Below, piece after piece: positions 30,516 to 40,023 of a stretch of 64,000 bases of DNA. Made by a program: the position numbers and the translations under genes. The number at the start of each line of letters is the position of its first letter. Positions within the stretch are counted from its first letter, which is position 1. The notes under the pieces were generated by a model that was not told the origin of the DNA, searched no databases, and saw only the letters and a list, made by a program, of their open reading frames with translations. The stretch comes from Snowella sp. (GTDB taxonomy: Bacteria; Cyanobacteriota; Cyanobacteriia; Cyanobacteriales; Microcystaceae), in assembly GCA_035285545.1 (NCBI GenBank), contig JAYKGY010000128.1, positions 1 through 64,000 of the forward strand. The letters run 5' to 3'.

Positions 30516-31157
30516 ATGGAAAGTTTCCTTATAATTGATAGTTATGCCTACATCCCTAAAATAATGAAGCAGGAATTGTTTAACAAATACATTCTCGATG
30601 CATCTAGATGGCTGAAAAAATCGCGGGAATTAATGATCGCTGCTCGCTACTTAGTTGCTATTCATGCGGCTCTGTATCGTAATGGCAAAGACGTAATCAG
30701 CACTACATCATCCGAATTTGATTACCACCCTTTTCAGGCATGGGCAAGCGTAAGTAATTCTGCTGCATTGTTACTTGGTCTCGCACTTGAAAATTTGATT
30801 AAAGCCCACCTCGTAAGCATCGGCAAGATTAAGATCGATGAGGGTAATAAAATTCAAGGCTTAACTGGAAATCACAATCTTTCCAGAATGCTCGCTGAAG
30901 CAGAATGTCAATTAAGTGAAGAAGAGGAGCGAAGTATTGCTCAACTTACTTTTCAATTACAAACCCTCAGTAAGTATCATTTAGCGAAAAATGCAGCGAA
31001 ACAGTCCGAATTTAGCGGATGCACTGATAACCCACAAACTATTTATGACCTGATAGTGCGTATAGCAAAAAGGTTGCTTACCGATGAACATGTGAAACAA
31101 TGGATGGCGCGCGACGAAAGCTATGACCATATCTCAGAAAGACCGTTTTTTAATTGA
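30516..31157 (+). CDS. Hypothetical protein, HEPN-like
   Basis: LLGLALENLIKA and HNLSRM motifs resemble HEPN (E..K...H.L) domains. Confidence 0.55.
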   Translation: MESFLIIDSYAYIPKIMKQELFNKYILDASRWLKKSRELMIAARYLVAIHAALYRNGKDVISTTSSEFDYHPFQAWASVSNSAALLLGLALENLIKAHLVSIGKIKIDEGNKIQGLTGNHNLSRMLAEAECQLSEEEERSIAQLTFQLQTLSKYHLAKNAAKQSEFSGCTDNPQTIYDLIVRIAKRLLTDEHVKQWMARDESYDHISERPFFN

Positions 31158-31183
31158 AATAGACTTACATGAGTGCGATCGCT

Positions 31184-31218
31184 GATCGCGTAGATTGAAT
31201 TGAGCCACGAAATTCAAC
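31184..31218 (+). repeat. Degenerate GTAG-type REP (copy 1)
   Basis: gatcgcGTAGATTGAATTGAGCCACGAAATTCAAC; direct homolog at 31929. Confidence 0.6.
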
Positions 31219-31279
31219 CTGACACTACGGTATGTTTAAAGAAGCCGAATTGCGATCGCAATAAATAGTGTTTAAATAT

Positions 31280-31528
31280 TCAATTTCCTAGCCTTCCCTC
31301 CAAAATTCCCATTACCGATAAATCTTCATCTAATTCTTCCCAATGCAGTCCTGTTCCATTACAAATTAGTTCAACATTCGCTAATTGTTCAGGAGTTGCC
31401 TTGGCTAATCGTCTATTTTTAGCGGCAGGAAAACGAATTTCTCTATCATCATCCAAACGAATACAAATCCATTCACTTTCAACCCAAGCTTTTTGGGCTT
31501 TTATTGTTTTTTCATGTGCCAAATACAT
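31280..31528 (-). CDS. DUF2442 family protein (putative antitoxin)
   Basis: LDDDREIRFP...RLAKATPEQL....GLHWEELDEDLSV. Confidence 0.88.
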   Translation of the reverse strand: MYLAHEKTIKAQKAWVESEWICIRLDDDREIRFPAAKNRRLAKATPEQLANVELICNGTGLHWEELDEDLSVMGILEGRLGN

Positions 31529-31532
31529 TATT

Positions 31533-31748
31533 TCATTTTCTCCGTATTGTTTCTAGATTTTCTGTGATGAGAAATTCAGCCCGAACAATTTCTTTGGTTT
31601 TTAGACCTTTGGCGTAATCTAATTCTAGCGGTTCTATCCAAAATTTAGCATATCCCCCACCTCGTCGAACGTGAACGTGCATAGGTTCGTTGCCTTCATT
31701 GGCGTAGAAGAAGAAAACATATCCTTCAAGTCTAAAAATTTCTGGCAT
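31533..31748 (-). CDS. DUF4160 family protein (putative toxin), C-terminus clipped by a TGA
   Basis: MPEIFRLEGYVFFFYANEGNEPMHVHV...AKFW; likely start ATG 31748; frame continues NNVFGT to a stop at 31512. Confidence 0.85.
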   Translation of the reverse strand: MPEIFRLEGYVFFFYANEGNEPMHVHVRRGGGYAKFWIEPLELDYAKGLKTKEIVRAEFLITENLETIRRK

Positions 31749-31928
31749 GATTATGAAACCTTTATTTTCCTGAATTTCTGCGATCGCAATGAAAACCTGC
31801 TCTAAATTTATCAAGTTTCGTAAAACTATTTTTTCAAAAACGCGATCGCATTCTGACGACACTTCTCCAAAACGCGACCATACTTCAATTCTCAAAATAA
31901 TTACACCACAAGACTTTTTTAGATCACC

Positions 31929-31964
31929 GATCGCGTAGGTTGGGTTGAGACACGAAAACCTAGC
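31929..31964 (+). repeat. GTAG-type REP (copy 2)
   Basis: gatcgcGTAGGTTGGGTTGAGACACGAAAACCTAGC. Confidence 0.6.
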
Positions 31965-32041
31965 AATAAAAAATTAGGATTGATCAAAAAAGAAGATCAA
32001 TCCCAACTATAAACGAGGTTAAAAGTTAACAAAGGCTAGAT

Positions 32042-33295
32042 TTAGTTTTGGGACATTGTCTGAGTGGGAAGAGTCCCAACTTTAATCGAAATTTTCATAG
32101 AACGAGCATCACGGGAAACTTCTAGGGGAAGTTCTGAACCAATGCTGGTTTTTTCAACGATGTTTTGCACTTCGCTAGGGGTTTTAATAGCTTGACCGTT
32201 GATACTTTGAATTACGTCACCAGAGCGGATACCGGCTACATCGGCGGGAGAATTAGGCATAACTCGCATAATGATTACACCGCGATCGCCGTTGACGACT
32301 AAGCCATTGCGTTCCCGTAATTGTTTCTGCAACTCAGGGGTTAATTCCACCATTTGCACACCGAGGTAGGGATGATTGACTTTTCCTGTGGCGATTAATT
32401 GTTGGGCAATTTGTTGGGCTTTGTTAATGGGAATAGCAAACCCAATACCCTGAGCATTTTGGATAATGGCAGTGTTCATGCCGATCACTTCACCGTTGGC
32501 ATTGAGGAGCGGGCCACCTGAGTTTCCTGGGTTAATCGCCGCATCGGTTTGGATAAATTCGACCCGTTTATCACTAACTCCGATTTCTGAGCTACTGCGA
32601 CCACTGGCACTAATGATCCCTGTCGTAACGGTATTATCTAACCCCAAGGGATTCCCGATCGCGATCGCCCATTCGCCGACCTGTAAATTATCCGAATTTC
32701 CCACTTTGACAACGGGTAAATTATCCGCCTCGATTTTAATCACTGCGACATCGGTGCGGGGATCACTCCCCATCACTTTTCCAGTAAAAGTACGACCATC
32801 TTTAAGCGTTACGGTAACTTCATCTGCGCCGTCAACCACATGGGCATTGGTTAAAATTTGGCCATTTTTAGTGAGGATAAAACCGGAGCCTACCCCTCGC
32901 TGTACTTGCTTATCCCGGAAATGGGGCATTTGAGACCCAAAGAAACCTCTAAAGAAGGGATCATTAAAGATTTCGGGAGCTTGCGTTCTCACGGTTTTTT
33001 GAGCATTAATCCGTACTACCGCAGGGCCAGTTTCCTTAACCACATCAACCACAAAATTACTAGGGGCAGGAATCGCCGCTACGGCCGTTTTGGGGGTAAG
33101 AATTTCCTGATCGGTTTTAATAATGGCGGTTTTTTCTGATAACTTCGCCATTAACTGAGGATTGGTTACCGCATAGGTTCCGCCGACTCCTATTCCCATT
33201 CCCATTAACACGAGTCCGAGATAGGCAAAGGGTTTTTTAGAGGCATTAGTCTTTGACATAGAGTCTTTCATAGGTTGTTTGTTAGCGTTAATCAT
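32042..33295 (-). CDS. HtrA/Deg family serine protease (HhoA/HhoB-like) with PDZ domain
   Basis: TNAHVV, DVAV, GNSGGPL catalytic triad; YLGVQM PDZ. Confidence 0.93.
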   Translation of the reverse strand: MINANKQPMKDSMSKTNASKKPFAYLGLVLMGMGIGVGGTYAVTNPQLMAKLSEKTAIIKTDQEILTPKTAVAAIPAPSNFVVDVVKETGPAVVRINAQKTVRTQAPEIFNDPFFRGFFGSQMPHFRDKQVQRGVGSGFILTKNGQILTNAHVVDGADEVTVTLKDGRTFTGKVMGSDPRTDVAVIKIEADNLPVVKVGNSDNLQVGEWAIAIGNPLGLDNTVTTGIISASGRSSSEIGVSDKRVEFIQTDAAINPGNSGGPLLNANGEVIGMNTAIIQNAQGIGFAIPINKAQQIAQQLIATGKVNHPYLGVQMVELTPELQKQLRERNGLVVNGDRGVIIMRVMPNSPADVAGIRSGDVIQSINGQAIKTPSEVQNIVEKTSIGSELPLEVSRDARSMKISIKVGTLPTQTMSQN

Positions 33296-33386
33296 ATTTA
33301 GCTTTCAATAAGGAAGAAAGTCAGCCCGGTGAGGAGCATCTGGGAAAACGGTTGGGGCTGACATTCATTAATATAGGAAACTCATT

Positions 33387-33423
33387 TGACGAGGTTATGA
33401 CAACAGCATGAACTTTTTGTGAC
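33387..33423 (-). promoter_or_regulatory. Four-unit 11-bp-period direct repeat (OmpR/PhoB-type operator) upstream of the HtrA gene
   Basis: Plus-strand TGAC/TGAC/TGAA/TGAC at 33387, 33398, 33409, 33420; minus-strand TATATT about 11 nt downstream. Confidence 0.6.
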
Positions 33424-33462
33424 AAGATTCTATGGCTTGTTTTACAATACAAATCATGGTTT

Positions 33463-34416
33463 TTAATGGATTTGTTGAGAAAACCAGGGTAAGGCAAAGG
33501 CCAAAAGAACGCTAACCCCTAAACCCAAGCTCGCTTTACTGATATCTTTAAAAATTAAATTTCCAGTTTCCCTCAAGGATCGAATTTGAAGATTGAACGC
33601 GATCGCAACTTCACGACCTGCCAATAATCCAATAAACACCCAGGTTGTGCTCATGGGCATTTGACTGTATTGCTGAAAAAAGAGCAGAATAAAACCATAA
33701 ATGAAATTAATTAACGTCGCAGAGCGAATATCTTGAGTATTGGTCTTAGAAGTCACGATTTTTTCAATTTCTCCCCCGTGCTGATAAAAAATCATGGCCT
33801 GTAATGCCAGCATCATCCCCAAAGAAAAGACTAACCATACCAGGCTTAACTGACGGGGTAAATAGACAAAAATATTGGCTAAATCCTGAATTAACCATTG
33901 ACTCCAGAGAAAGGCGGTTGCTCCCCACTGCAAAAAACTCCAATAGGTCGCGATCGGTTTATCCGCAGACTCAATAAAAGTTTTCTCCAACAATTGACTA
34001 ATCACTTGATAAAGCCCCATAGCAACGACAAAGGCTAACCCATAACCCAAAAGGGATTTGGTGAGCATTTCGGTTAAATTCCCAGGTTCAAACACCGTCA
34101 GAATCAAAAACGTGGTACTCACGGGAATGCCAAAACTGGTTAAAAAGAGCAGGGCTAAGGGGGGAATGACATAAATCCCATTCAGGGGATCGGGCAACGG
34201 AAAGGCACTCAAACGACCATAGGAAATATCGCCCTGATGAATGAACCAGCCATAGGTGAGAATGCCGATAAGAATCGTACTGGTAAAGAGCCATAGTACC
34301 CACCAGGGCTTTTTTTCGTTAGAACTCAGAAATGGGCCCAAAATTTGTAGGGCATCGTTGCCCACAATGGAGTAGGCGGCTAACAAAAAACCACTGATCA
34401 TCCAGAAATAAGCCAT
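33463..34416 (-). CDS. Polytopic membrane protein, distantly PiT-like
   Basis: VGNDA, IPVSTT, QDLAN and MPMSTT: duplicated motifs reminiscent of the PiT inverted repeat. Confidence 0.6.
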   Translation of the reverse strand: MAYFWMISGFLLAAYSIVGNDALQILGPFLSSNEKKPWWVLWLFTSTILIGILTYGWFIHQGDISYGRLSAFPLPDPLNGIYVIPPLALLFLTSFGIPVSTTFLILTVFEPGNLTEMLTKSLLGYGLAFVVAMGLYQVISQLLEKTFIESADKPIATYWSFLQWGATAFLWSQWLIQDLANIFVYLPRQLSLVWLVFSLGMMLALQAMIFYQHGGEIEKIVTSKTNTQDIRSATLINFIYGFILLFFQQYSQMPMSTTWVFIGLLAGREVAIAFNLQIRSLRETGNLIFKDISKASLGLGVSVLLAFALPWFSQQIH

Positions 34417-34506
34417 TGACTTGCCTAAAATTGATCAACTATCTTGCAACTTAAAATCCTCCAGGCTCAATGCGCTGTTTCGAGCTGAGGGGAGAGAATG
34501 CAACGA

Positions 34507-35076
34507 TTAGAGCAATTGAATTTCAAAATTGATTAAAACATCTTCACCCTTTAGCATAACGGGTAAGCTTAAGCTTTCAACTTCCCTATTCAGACGATAA
34601 ATTTCGACTTGTTTATCCTGCCGATTGATTAACCAGCCTAGACGACAAGCATTGGCTCGATATTCCTCCATTTTTTGACGGGCCTTTTGGACTGAATCGC
34701 TGGGCGAAACTAATTCAATGACAAAATCAGGACAGAGGGGTAAAAACTTTTCTCGTTGTTCTGGCGTTAAGGCTTGCCATCGGGATTTCTCAATCCAAGC
34801 TACATCCGGCGATCGCGTCGCCCCATTGGGCAAAATAAACCCTGTAGAGGAATCAAAGACTTCTCCGAATTGATACTGCTGATTCCAAAGCTGAATCTGA
34901 AAATTTAGCTGACTATTTTGTCGTCCCGTTTCTCCCCCTGTCGGCGGCATAATGACTAATTCTCCCGTTGCAGTCCGTTCCAACTTCAGATCAGGATTCG
35001 CTAAACAAAGCTGTTGAAACTGTTCATTATTTAACGTAAAAATTGGTTCTAGGGTTAACGTTAAAGCCGTCATCAA
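34507..35076 (-). CDS. Uma2 family endonuclease-like protein
   Basis: ERTATGELVIMPPTG, FDSSTGF.LPNGA.RSPD, PDFVIELVSPSD. Confidence 0.92.
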   Translation of the reverse strand: MMTALTLTLEPIFTLNNEQFQQLCLANPDLKLERTATGELVIMPPTGGETGRQNSQLNFQIQLWNQQYQFGEVFDSSTGFILPNGATRSPDVAWIEKSRWQALTPEQREKFLPLCPDFVIELVSPSDSVQKARQKMEEYRANACRLGWLINRQDKQVEIYRLNREVESLSLPVMLKGEDVLINFEIQLL

Positions 35077-35160
35077 TTTTAATTATTTGGAATAAAAAGT
35101 CAATAAATACAATCAATTACACAAGTCAAATTATTTTAAAGTAAATAGTTTTTTTTGATA

Positions 35161-35225
35161 AGGACAGAATAGTATTATGTCCCTACAGGAATTTTTTTCG
35201 TAGGGATCTAACACTGTTAAATCCT
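35161..35225 (-). repeat. REPIN-like doublet of GTAG-type REP palindromes (copy B)
   Basis: AGGACAGAATAGTATTATGTCCCTAC...GTAGGGATCTAACACTGTTAAATCCT; inverted homolog of 14627-14684. Confidence 0.7.
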
Positions 35226-35275
35226 TGGGAATGTTATTTGATTGCTTTACTTGATTTAATGCTTCAATACTTCAA

Positions 35276-36370
35276 TTAAAGCAATAAAGTTACGTTATTA
35301 TCTACAGATTTAGCATTCGGTGGTAAATTAAAACTGGTAAATTGTTGGAAGAAATAACGCATTTTTAGGGGAAACTCTGGAAAATCAAAATTGCCATCTC
35401 CCGCAGCGACATCGGCCCAAAAATAGCGCAAGTGGGGAATATATTGTTCGACTTCAGCAGCCGGTAAATTGACGGGGGGCAGGGTCAATAATTTGGTCAT
35501 GAAAAAAGCTGAGCGATCGCCGAGAAACTGTCGAGACTTTTGGGCTAAATTTTCCCAGCCGGGGACAGAATCAATGCGATGGGATTGAACCGATAATGTA
35601 AGTTGCCCATTGGGTTCATATTCAGCATCAATAACACGATAAGGATGGGGATAACTCACTAATGAGCCGGTGGTCATTTCGTAAATGCCTTCTTGATAGG
35701 CTAAATCTTGAACGTGTAAATGGCCGGTAAAAATTAATTTAACGCCATACTTTTTGAGGATCGCTAATAATTCTGGAGCGTTATCCAACATATACCGATA
35801 ACCCAAAGCGTGTTGAGATTGGTTGGGTAAATGTTCGATCACATTATGATGAATCATCACCCAAATTTGTTTATCTTGCAGTTGGGGTAATAGATTTTCT
35901 AGCCACTGTAATTGTTCTTCATCTAAGTGACCAATTTGTTCTCCTGCGGCATTGAATTGATTGGAATTTAGACCAATTAATTGTAATCCTGGTAAAATTT
36001 CGTGGGTGTAATAACATTGCTGAGAATTGTCATAACCACAGTGCTGATAATAACGGGGAAAATCGGTCAAACCGACGGATTGATCTTGGGTGTTAAGCGT
36101 AGGAACATCGTGATTTCCTGGAATAACATAGGTCGGAAATGGTAATTGTTTTAATCGATTTTGTAACCATTGATGATTGACGATTTCTCCGTCCTGGGTT
36201 AAGTCCCCAGGAATTAATAAAAAATCTAAGTTGAGTTGCTCTAAATGGCTGATCGTTTTTTCAAAGGCGGGAATGCTAACTTCTACCATGTGAAAACGAG
36301 TAGCGATCGCGTCAATGGTTTCGGGAATGGCAATGTGGGGATCGCTAAGAATCGCAAATCGAAACTTCAT
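35276..36370 (-). CDS. Calcineurin-like metallophosphoesterase
   Basis: SDPH, GDLT, PGNHD, HH, GHLH motifs. Confidence 0.9.
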   Translation of the reverse strand: MKFRFAILSDPHIAIPETIDAIATRFHMVEVSIPAFEKTISHLEQLNLDFLLIPGDLTQDGEIVNHQWLQNRLKQLPFPTYVIPGNHDVPTLNTQDQSVGLTDFPRYYQHCGYDNSQQCYYTHEILPGLQLIGLNSNQFNAAGEQIGHLDEEQLQWLENLLPQLQDKQIWVMIHHNVIEHLPNQSQHALGYRYMLDNAPELLAILKKYGVKLIFTGHLHVQDLAYQEGIYEMTTGSLVSYPHPYRVIDAEYEPNGQLTLSVQSHRIDSVPGWENLAQKSRQFLGDRSAFFMTKLLTLPPVNLPAAEVEQYIPHLRYFWADVAAGDGNFDFPEFPLKMRYFFQQFTSFNLPPNAKSVDNNVTLLL

Positions 36371-36425
36371 CGGGAATAATGGATTAGGAACGTACTTTTA
36401 TTATCATACGCAGGAGAATTCAATC

Positions 36426-37061
36426 TTGGCCAGAGTTCGTGTTCGTCAGCACGTTAATCCCCTTGCTCAGAAATATCGTTCGGTTATTGCCGCACCGAAT
36501 TGGGCAGCGGTTTACCGTGAGCCACAGTTACCGTTTCATTTAGATATTGGTTGTGCGAGAGGAAAATTTTTATTAAATATGGCTCAGGTACAGCCAAAGA
36601 CTAATTTTTTAGGGGTAGAAATTCGCGAACCCTTAGTGATTGAGGCCAATGAACAGCGCGATCGCTTGGGGTTGACCAATTTGCATTTTCTCTTCGGCAA
36701 TATGAATACGTCGGCATTGAGCTTACTAGAATCCCTACCTGGCCCCTTAACCTGGGTATCAATCCAGTTTCCCGATCCCTGGTTTAAGCAACGTCACAGT
36801 AAACGCCGAGTTGTCCAACCGGAGTTAGTAAATGCCTTAGCTCAGGTTTTGGTTCCGAATGGACGGGTGTTACTGCAATCCGATGTGGAAAGGGTCGCTG
36901 CCGAAATGCGCGATCGCTTTACCGAAAATCCTCAGTTTCAACCACTCCATCCAGAAACCTGGTTAGCTGAAAACCTCTTACCCGTCCCAACAGAACGAGA
37001 AACCGCGTGTTTTAACCTAGAGCGTCCAGTTTATCGCGTTTTACTGGAAAAATTTGTATGA
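36426..37061 (+). CDS. trmB: tRNA (guanine-N7)-methyltransferase
   Basis: RVRQHVNPL, DIGCARG, FPDPWFK; TTG start at 36426 after AGGAG. Confidence 0.94.
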   Translation: MARVRVRQHVNPLAQKYRSVIAAPNWAAVYREPQLPFHLDIGCARGKFLLNMAQVQPKTNFLGVEIREPLVIEANEQRDRLGLTNLHFLFGNMNTSALSLLESLPGPLTWVSIQFPDPWFKQRHSKRRVVQPELVNALAQVLVPNGRVLLQSDVERVAAEMRDRFTENPQFQPLHPETWLAENLLPVPTERETACFNLERPVYRVLLEKFV

Positions 37062-37066
37062 TTTTG

Positions 37067-37597
37067 TCATGCATGGGATTTAAATCGGTCTAAAGCCGGA
37101 TTAATTTGGGTGGTGAGATGGATCAGTTCAGGCAAAATTAAACTTTCCATCGCTAATTTCACGGCATTGGTAGAACCCGGCAATGAGAAAACCAATTTTT
37201 GTTGATAAACTCCCGCAACCGCACGGGACGCGATCGCTCTCGAACCAATTTCTTGATAACACAGAAAACGGAAGATTTCGCCAAAACCAGGCAAGGTTTT
37301 TTCTAATAAACGATTCACCGCATCAAAGGTTGTATCTCTTGGGGCAATCCCTGTTCCGCCATTTAAAATAATGACCTCAACCAAGGAGTCTCGACCTAAT
37401 GCCTCTAGATGGGAGCGAATTAGAGCCGGTTCATCAGGCAAAATGTGGTAGGAATCAATATTATGACCGGCATGAACTAAAAAATGTTGAATCATCTGAC
37501 CACTGCGATCCGTTTCGGGCGTGCGGGTATCACTGACAGTAATCACGGCACAATTTAAGGAAAGAGCCTCAGCATCAGGATGGGGAATTGTCGTCAT
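37067..37597 (-). CDS. moaB: MogA/MoaB family molybdopterin adenylyltransferase
   Basis: TVSD, D.SG, GGTGIAPRD.T, SRAVAG, LPGS. Confidence 0.88.
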   Translation of the reverse strand: MTTIPHPDAEALSLNCAVITVSDTRTPETDRSGQMIQHFLVHAGHNIDSYHILPDEPALIRSHLEALGRDSLVEVIILNGGTGIAPRDTTFDAVNRLLEKTLPGFGEIFRFLCYQEIGSRAIASRAVAGVYQQKLVFSLPGSTNAVKLAMESLILPELIHLTTQINPALDRFKSHA

Positions 37598-38096
37598 CGG
37601 TTACTAATCCAAACAATAAGAGTAGACACTTTTTAAAGCGATCGCGAATCCTTAAAAACAATAGGAATTCTTCAATTAGATTAAAGAGTCTAGTAAGATG
37701 AAACTCTTCTTTACTATAAACTAAACTACCTCTTTAGATAGATTTTTAGAAGGAAATAGCGGGAAACCGCTCCCTTTCGTTCGGGAATTTCTCTCCTCTA
37801 ATCCTTACCCACAAAGGATTATTAAGGGATCATAGAAATAGTCGCTCACTTTACCAATCGTACTTGAAATTCTTGTACAAACCTTTGCTGAATATTCTGA
37901 GCAATTTGCTCTTTAGTTCCCTTCCCTATCTCTTGAACCCATTGAGATCTGCCGGAGTCTAAAGAAGTGCGTTATCATGGATTTAGCCAAAGTCATATCG
38001 ACTTCACCTTAAGATTCTGCGTATTGATTACGGCGAATTTTGGGAAATATTAAAGTAGTGACAGACTTTCTGCTGGTTTAAGGAGTCAACCCTTCA

Positions 38097-39083
38097 ATGC
38101 CTACCGCTAATTTGAACAAAACCGCTAAACAGCCTACCTATTCGGCCGATATGGTGCGGACTTATCTGCATGAAATTGGGCGGGTACCTCTACTCACACA
38201 CGAACAAGAAATTATCTACGGGAAACAAGTCCAGAAAATGATGCCGTTAATTGAGCAGCGCGATCAATTGGCTCAGAAGTTGGGACGGGAACCGGATTTA
38301 GCGGAGTGGACAGAGGCTGTTCAACTGAAACCTGAGGAATTGAATCGTATCGTTCAACTGGGTAATCGCGCCAAACAAAAAATGATTGAGGCCAATTTGC
38401 GCTTAGTCGTCGCGATCGCCAAGAAATACCAAAAGCGCAATATGGAATTTTTGGACTTGATCCAAGAAGGTAGCCTGGGGCTGGAACGGGGTGTGGAAAA
38501 ATTTGACCCCACCAAAGGGTATAAGTTTTCAACCTATGCGTACTGGTGGATTCGTCAAGCCATCACCAGAGCGATCGCCCAGCAAGCCCGAACCATTCGC
38601 TTACCCATTCATATCACCGAAAAGCTCAATAAAATCAAGAAAACCCAACGGGAACTTTCCCAGCAATTGGGACGAAATGCCACCCCTGCCGAAATTGCAG
38701 AAGCCTTAGAAATTGAACCAGGCCAAATTCGGGAATATCTCAGCATGGCACGGCAACCCATTTCCCTCGATGTACGAGTCGGAGACAATCAAGACACCGA
38801 ATTATCAGAACTGCTGGAAGATGAAGGCATTACCCCTGATAACTACATTACCCAAGAGCTAATGCGTCAAGACCTTAAAAGTCTGATGTCGGAATTAACG
38901 CCCCAACAGCAGACCGTCTTAACCCTACGTTTTGGCTTAGAGGATGGAAAAGAGTTATCCCTAGCAAAAATTGGCCAACGGCTCAATATTAGTCGAGAAC
39001 GAGTCCGTCAATTAGAACATCAAGCATTAGCGCATTTGCGGAGACGACGTTCTAATGTGGAAGAATATATTGCGGCTAGCTAA
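38097..39083 (+). CDS. sigB: Group 2 RNA polymerase sigma factor, SigB-like
   Basis: ADMVRTYLHEIGRVPLL, ANLRLVVAIAKKY, FSTYAYWWIRQ, SRERVRQLE; lacks region 1.1. Confidence 0.85.
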   Translation: MPTANLNKTAKQPTYSADMVRTYLHEIGRVPLLTHEQEIIYGKQVQKMMPLIEQRDQLAQKLGREPDLAEWTEAVQLKPEELNRIVQLGNRAKQKMIEANLRLVVAIAKKYQKRNMEFLDLIQEGSLGLERGVEKFDPTKGYKFSTYAYWWIRQAITRAIAQQARTIRLPIHITEKLNKIKKTQRELSQQLGRNATPAEIAEALEIEPGQIREYLSMARQPISLDVRVGDNQDTELSELLEDEGITPDNYITQELMRQDLKSLMSELTPQQQTVLTLRFGLEDGKELSLAKIGQRLNISRERVRQLEHQALAHLRRRRSNVEEYIAAS

Positions 39084-39140
39084 ATTCATTCAAGACTCTA
39101 ACCATTTTCTCAAGAAAGTGTCATTTAAAAAAAATTAATT

Positions 39141-39170
39141 AGGAGGTGGGATAATTCTACCTCCTTTTTC
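39141..39170 (+). terminator. Rho-independent terminator after sigB
   Basis: AGGAGGTGG...CTACCTCCT stem followed by TTTT. Confidence 0.7.
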
Positions 39171-39201
39171 GTAATAAGCTTATCTGTAAAAGTCTTTATA
39201 A

Positions 39202-39993
39202 TTAGCTAGAAGCACTGGTATAAAAGCGTAACGCAAAACGCCAAAATAAATTCGCTATTACTAATAAAACAATCGCTAAAATTGCGGCACTAACTAACCA
39301 ACTGAATGCGATTTTTCCTAATAATGCTTCCGCAGGAATGGTCGTTAAAAAAGCAACGGGAATGACAAAGGTAAAAAAGATGCGATATCCCAAGGGAAAG
39401 GCGGCAATCGGATACCGTCCTGCTTCTAATAATCCTCTTAAAACTTCTGTAACATTATGGATTTTGACAAACCAGATACTTGTTGCACCCAAAATAAACC
39501 AGATACTATAGAGAATGATCATTCCTAACGCGATCGCCAAAAAACTCACAAGATAATTGACAGGCGCAATGTTTAACTGGCTACCGGCATAAAAAATCAG
39601 TAAAATCCCAAAAAATAAATCAGGAATCCCCCAGGGAGAAAGAATTCGCGTCGAGAGCCAAAATTGGCTACTAATGGGCTTTAATAAAATAAAATCCAAG
39701 GTTCCCTGCTGTACATATTCCACAATGCGATTCAAATTCGGAATCAACAACGTTGCAGAAAAGCCCTGCAATAGGGTAAACATCCCCAAAACAATCAGGG
39801 CCTCTGTCCAACTCCATCCCTGAAAGGTATAGCCGGTGCGATAAAACAAAAACAGACTAAAAATACTCCCCACTAAATTGGCCAGACTACTCAGCGAGGC
39901 AATCACAAAATTGAGACGATATTCCAACTCCGCCGCGATCGCGGTTTGCCAAAATATCCCCAAAACCTTTCCATAATAAGTAAGTTGATTCAT
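39202..39993 (-). CDS. ABC-2 type permease (DUF990-like)
   Basis: ELEYRLNF, GTLDFILLKP, GRYP, six TM segments. Confidence 0.85.
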   Translation of the reverse strand: MNQLTYYGKVLGIFWQTAIAAELEYRLNFVIASLSSLANLVGSIFSLFLFYRTGYTFQGWSWTEALIVLGMFTLLQGFSATLLIPNLNRIVEYVQQGTLDFILLKPISSQFWLSTRILSPWGIPDLFFGILLIFYAGSQLNIAPVNYLVSFLAIALGMIILYSIWFILGATSIWFVKIHNVTEVLRGLLEAGRYPIAAFPLGYRIFFTFVIPVAFLTTIPAEALLGKIAFSWLVSAAILAIVLLVIANLFWRFALRFYTSASS

Positions 39994-40023
39994 TATTATT
40001 TAAAAAAACAAGTCATTAAGTTT

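Noticed and set aside
31749..31895. N-terminal 49 aa of the 120-aa ORF 31533-31895
   Set aside because: The DUF4160 pattern begins at MPEIF (ATG 31748); the upstream part spans HIP1-containing spacer DNA
32466..33139. Long antisense ORFs over the HtrA gene (similar cases over the ABC binding proteins, lepB, sigB and DUF4168)
   Set aside because: Antisense shadows of well-supported genes with no recognisable motifs
36315..36425. Extended trmB N-terminus from the ORF track
   Set aside because: Overlaps the divergent phosphoesterase start; TTG 36426 has an AGGAG RBS and matches the usual TrmB start
37860..37878. GTAC...GTAC upstream of sigB as a LexA or NtcA box
   Set aside because: Spacing fits neither consensus
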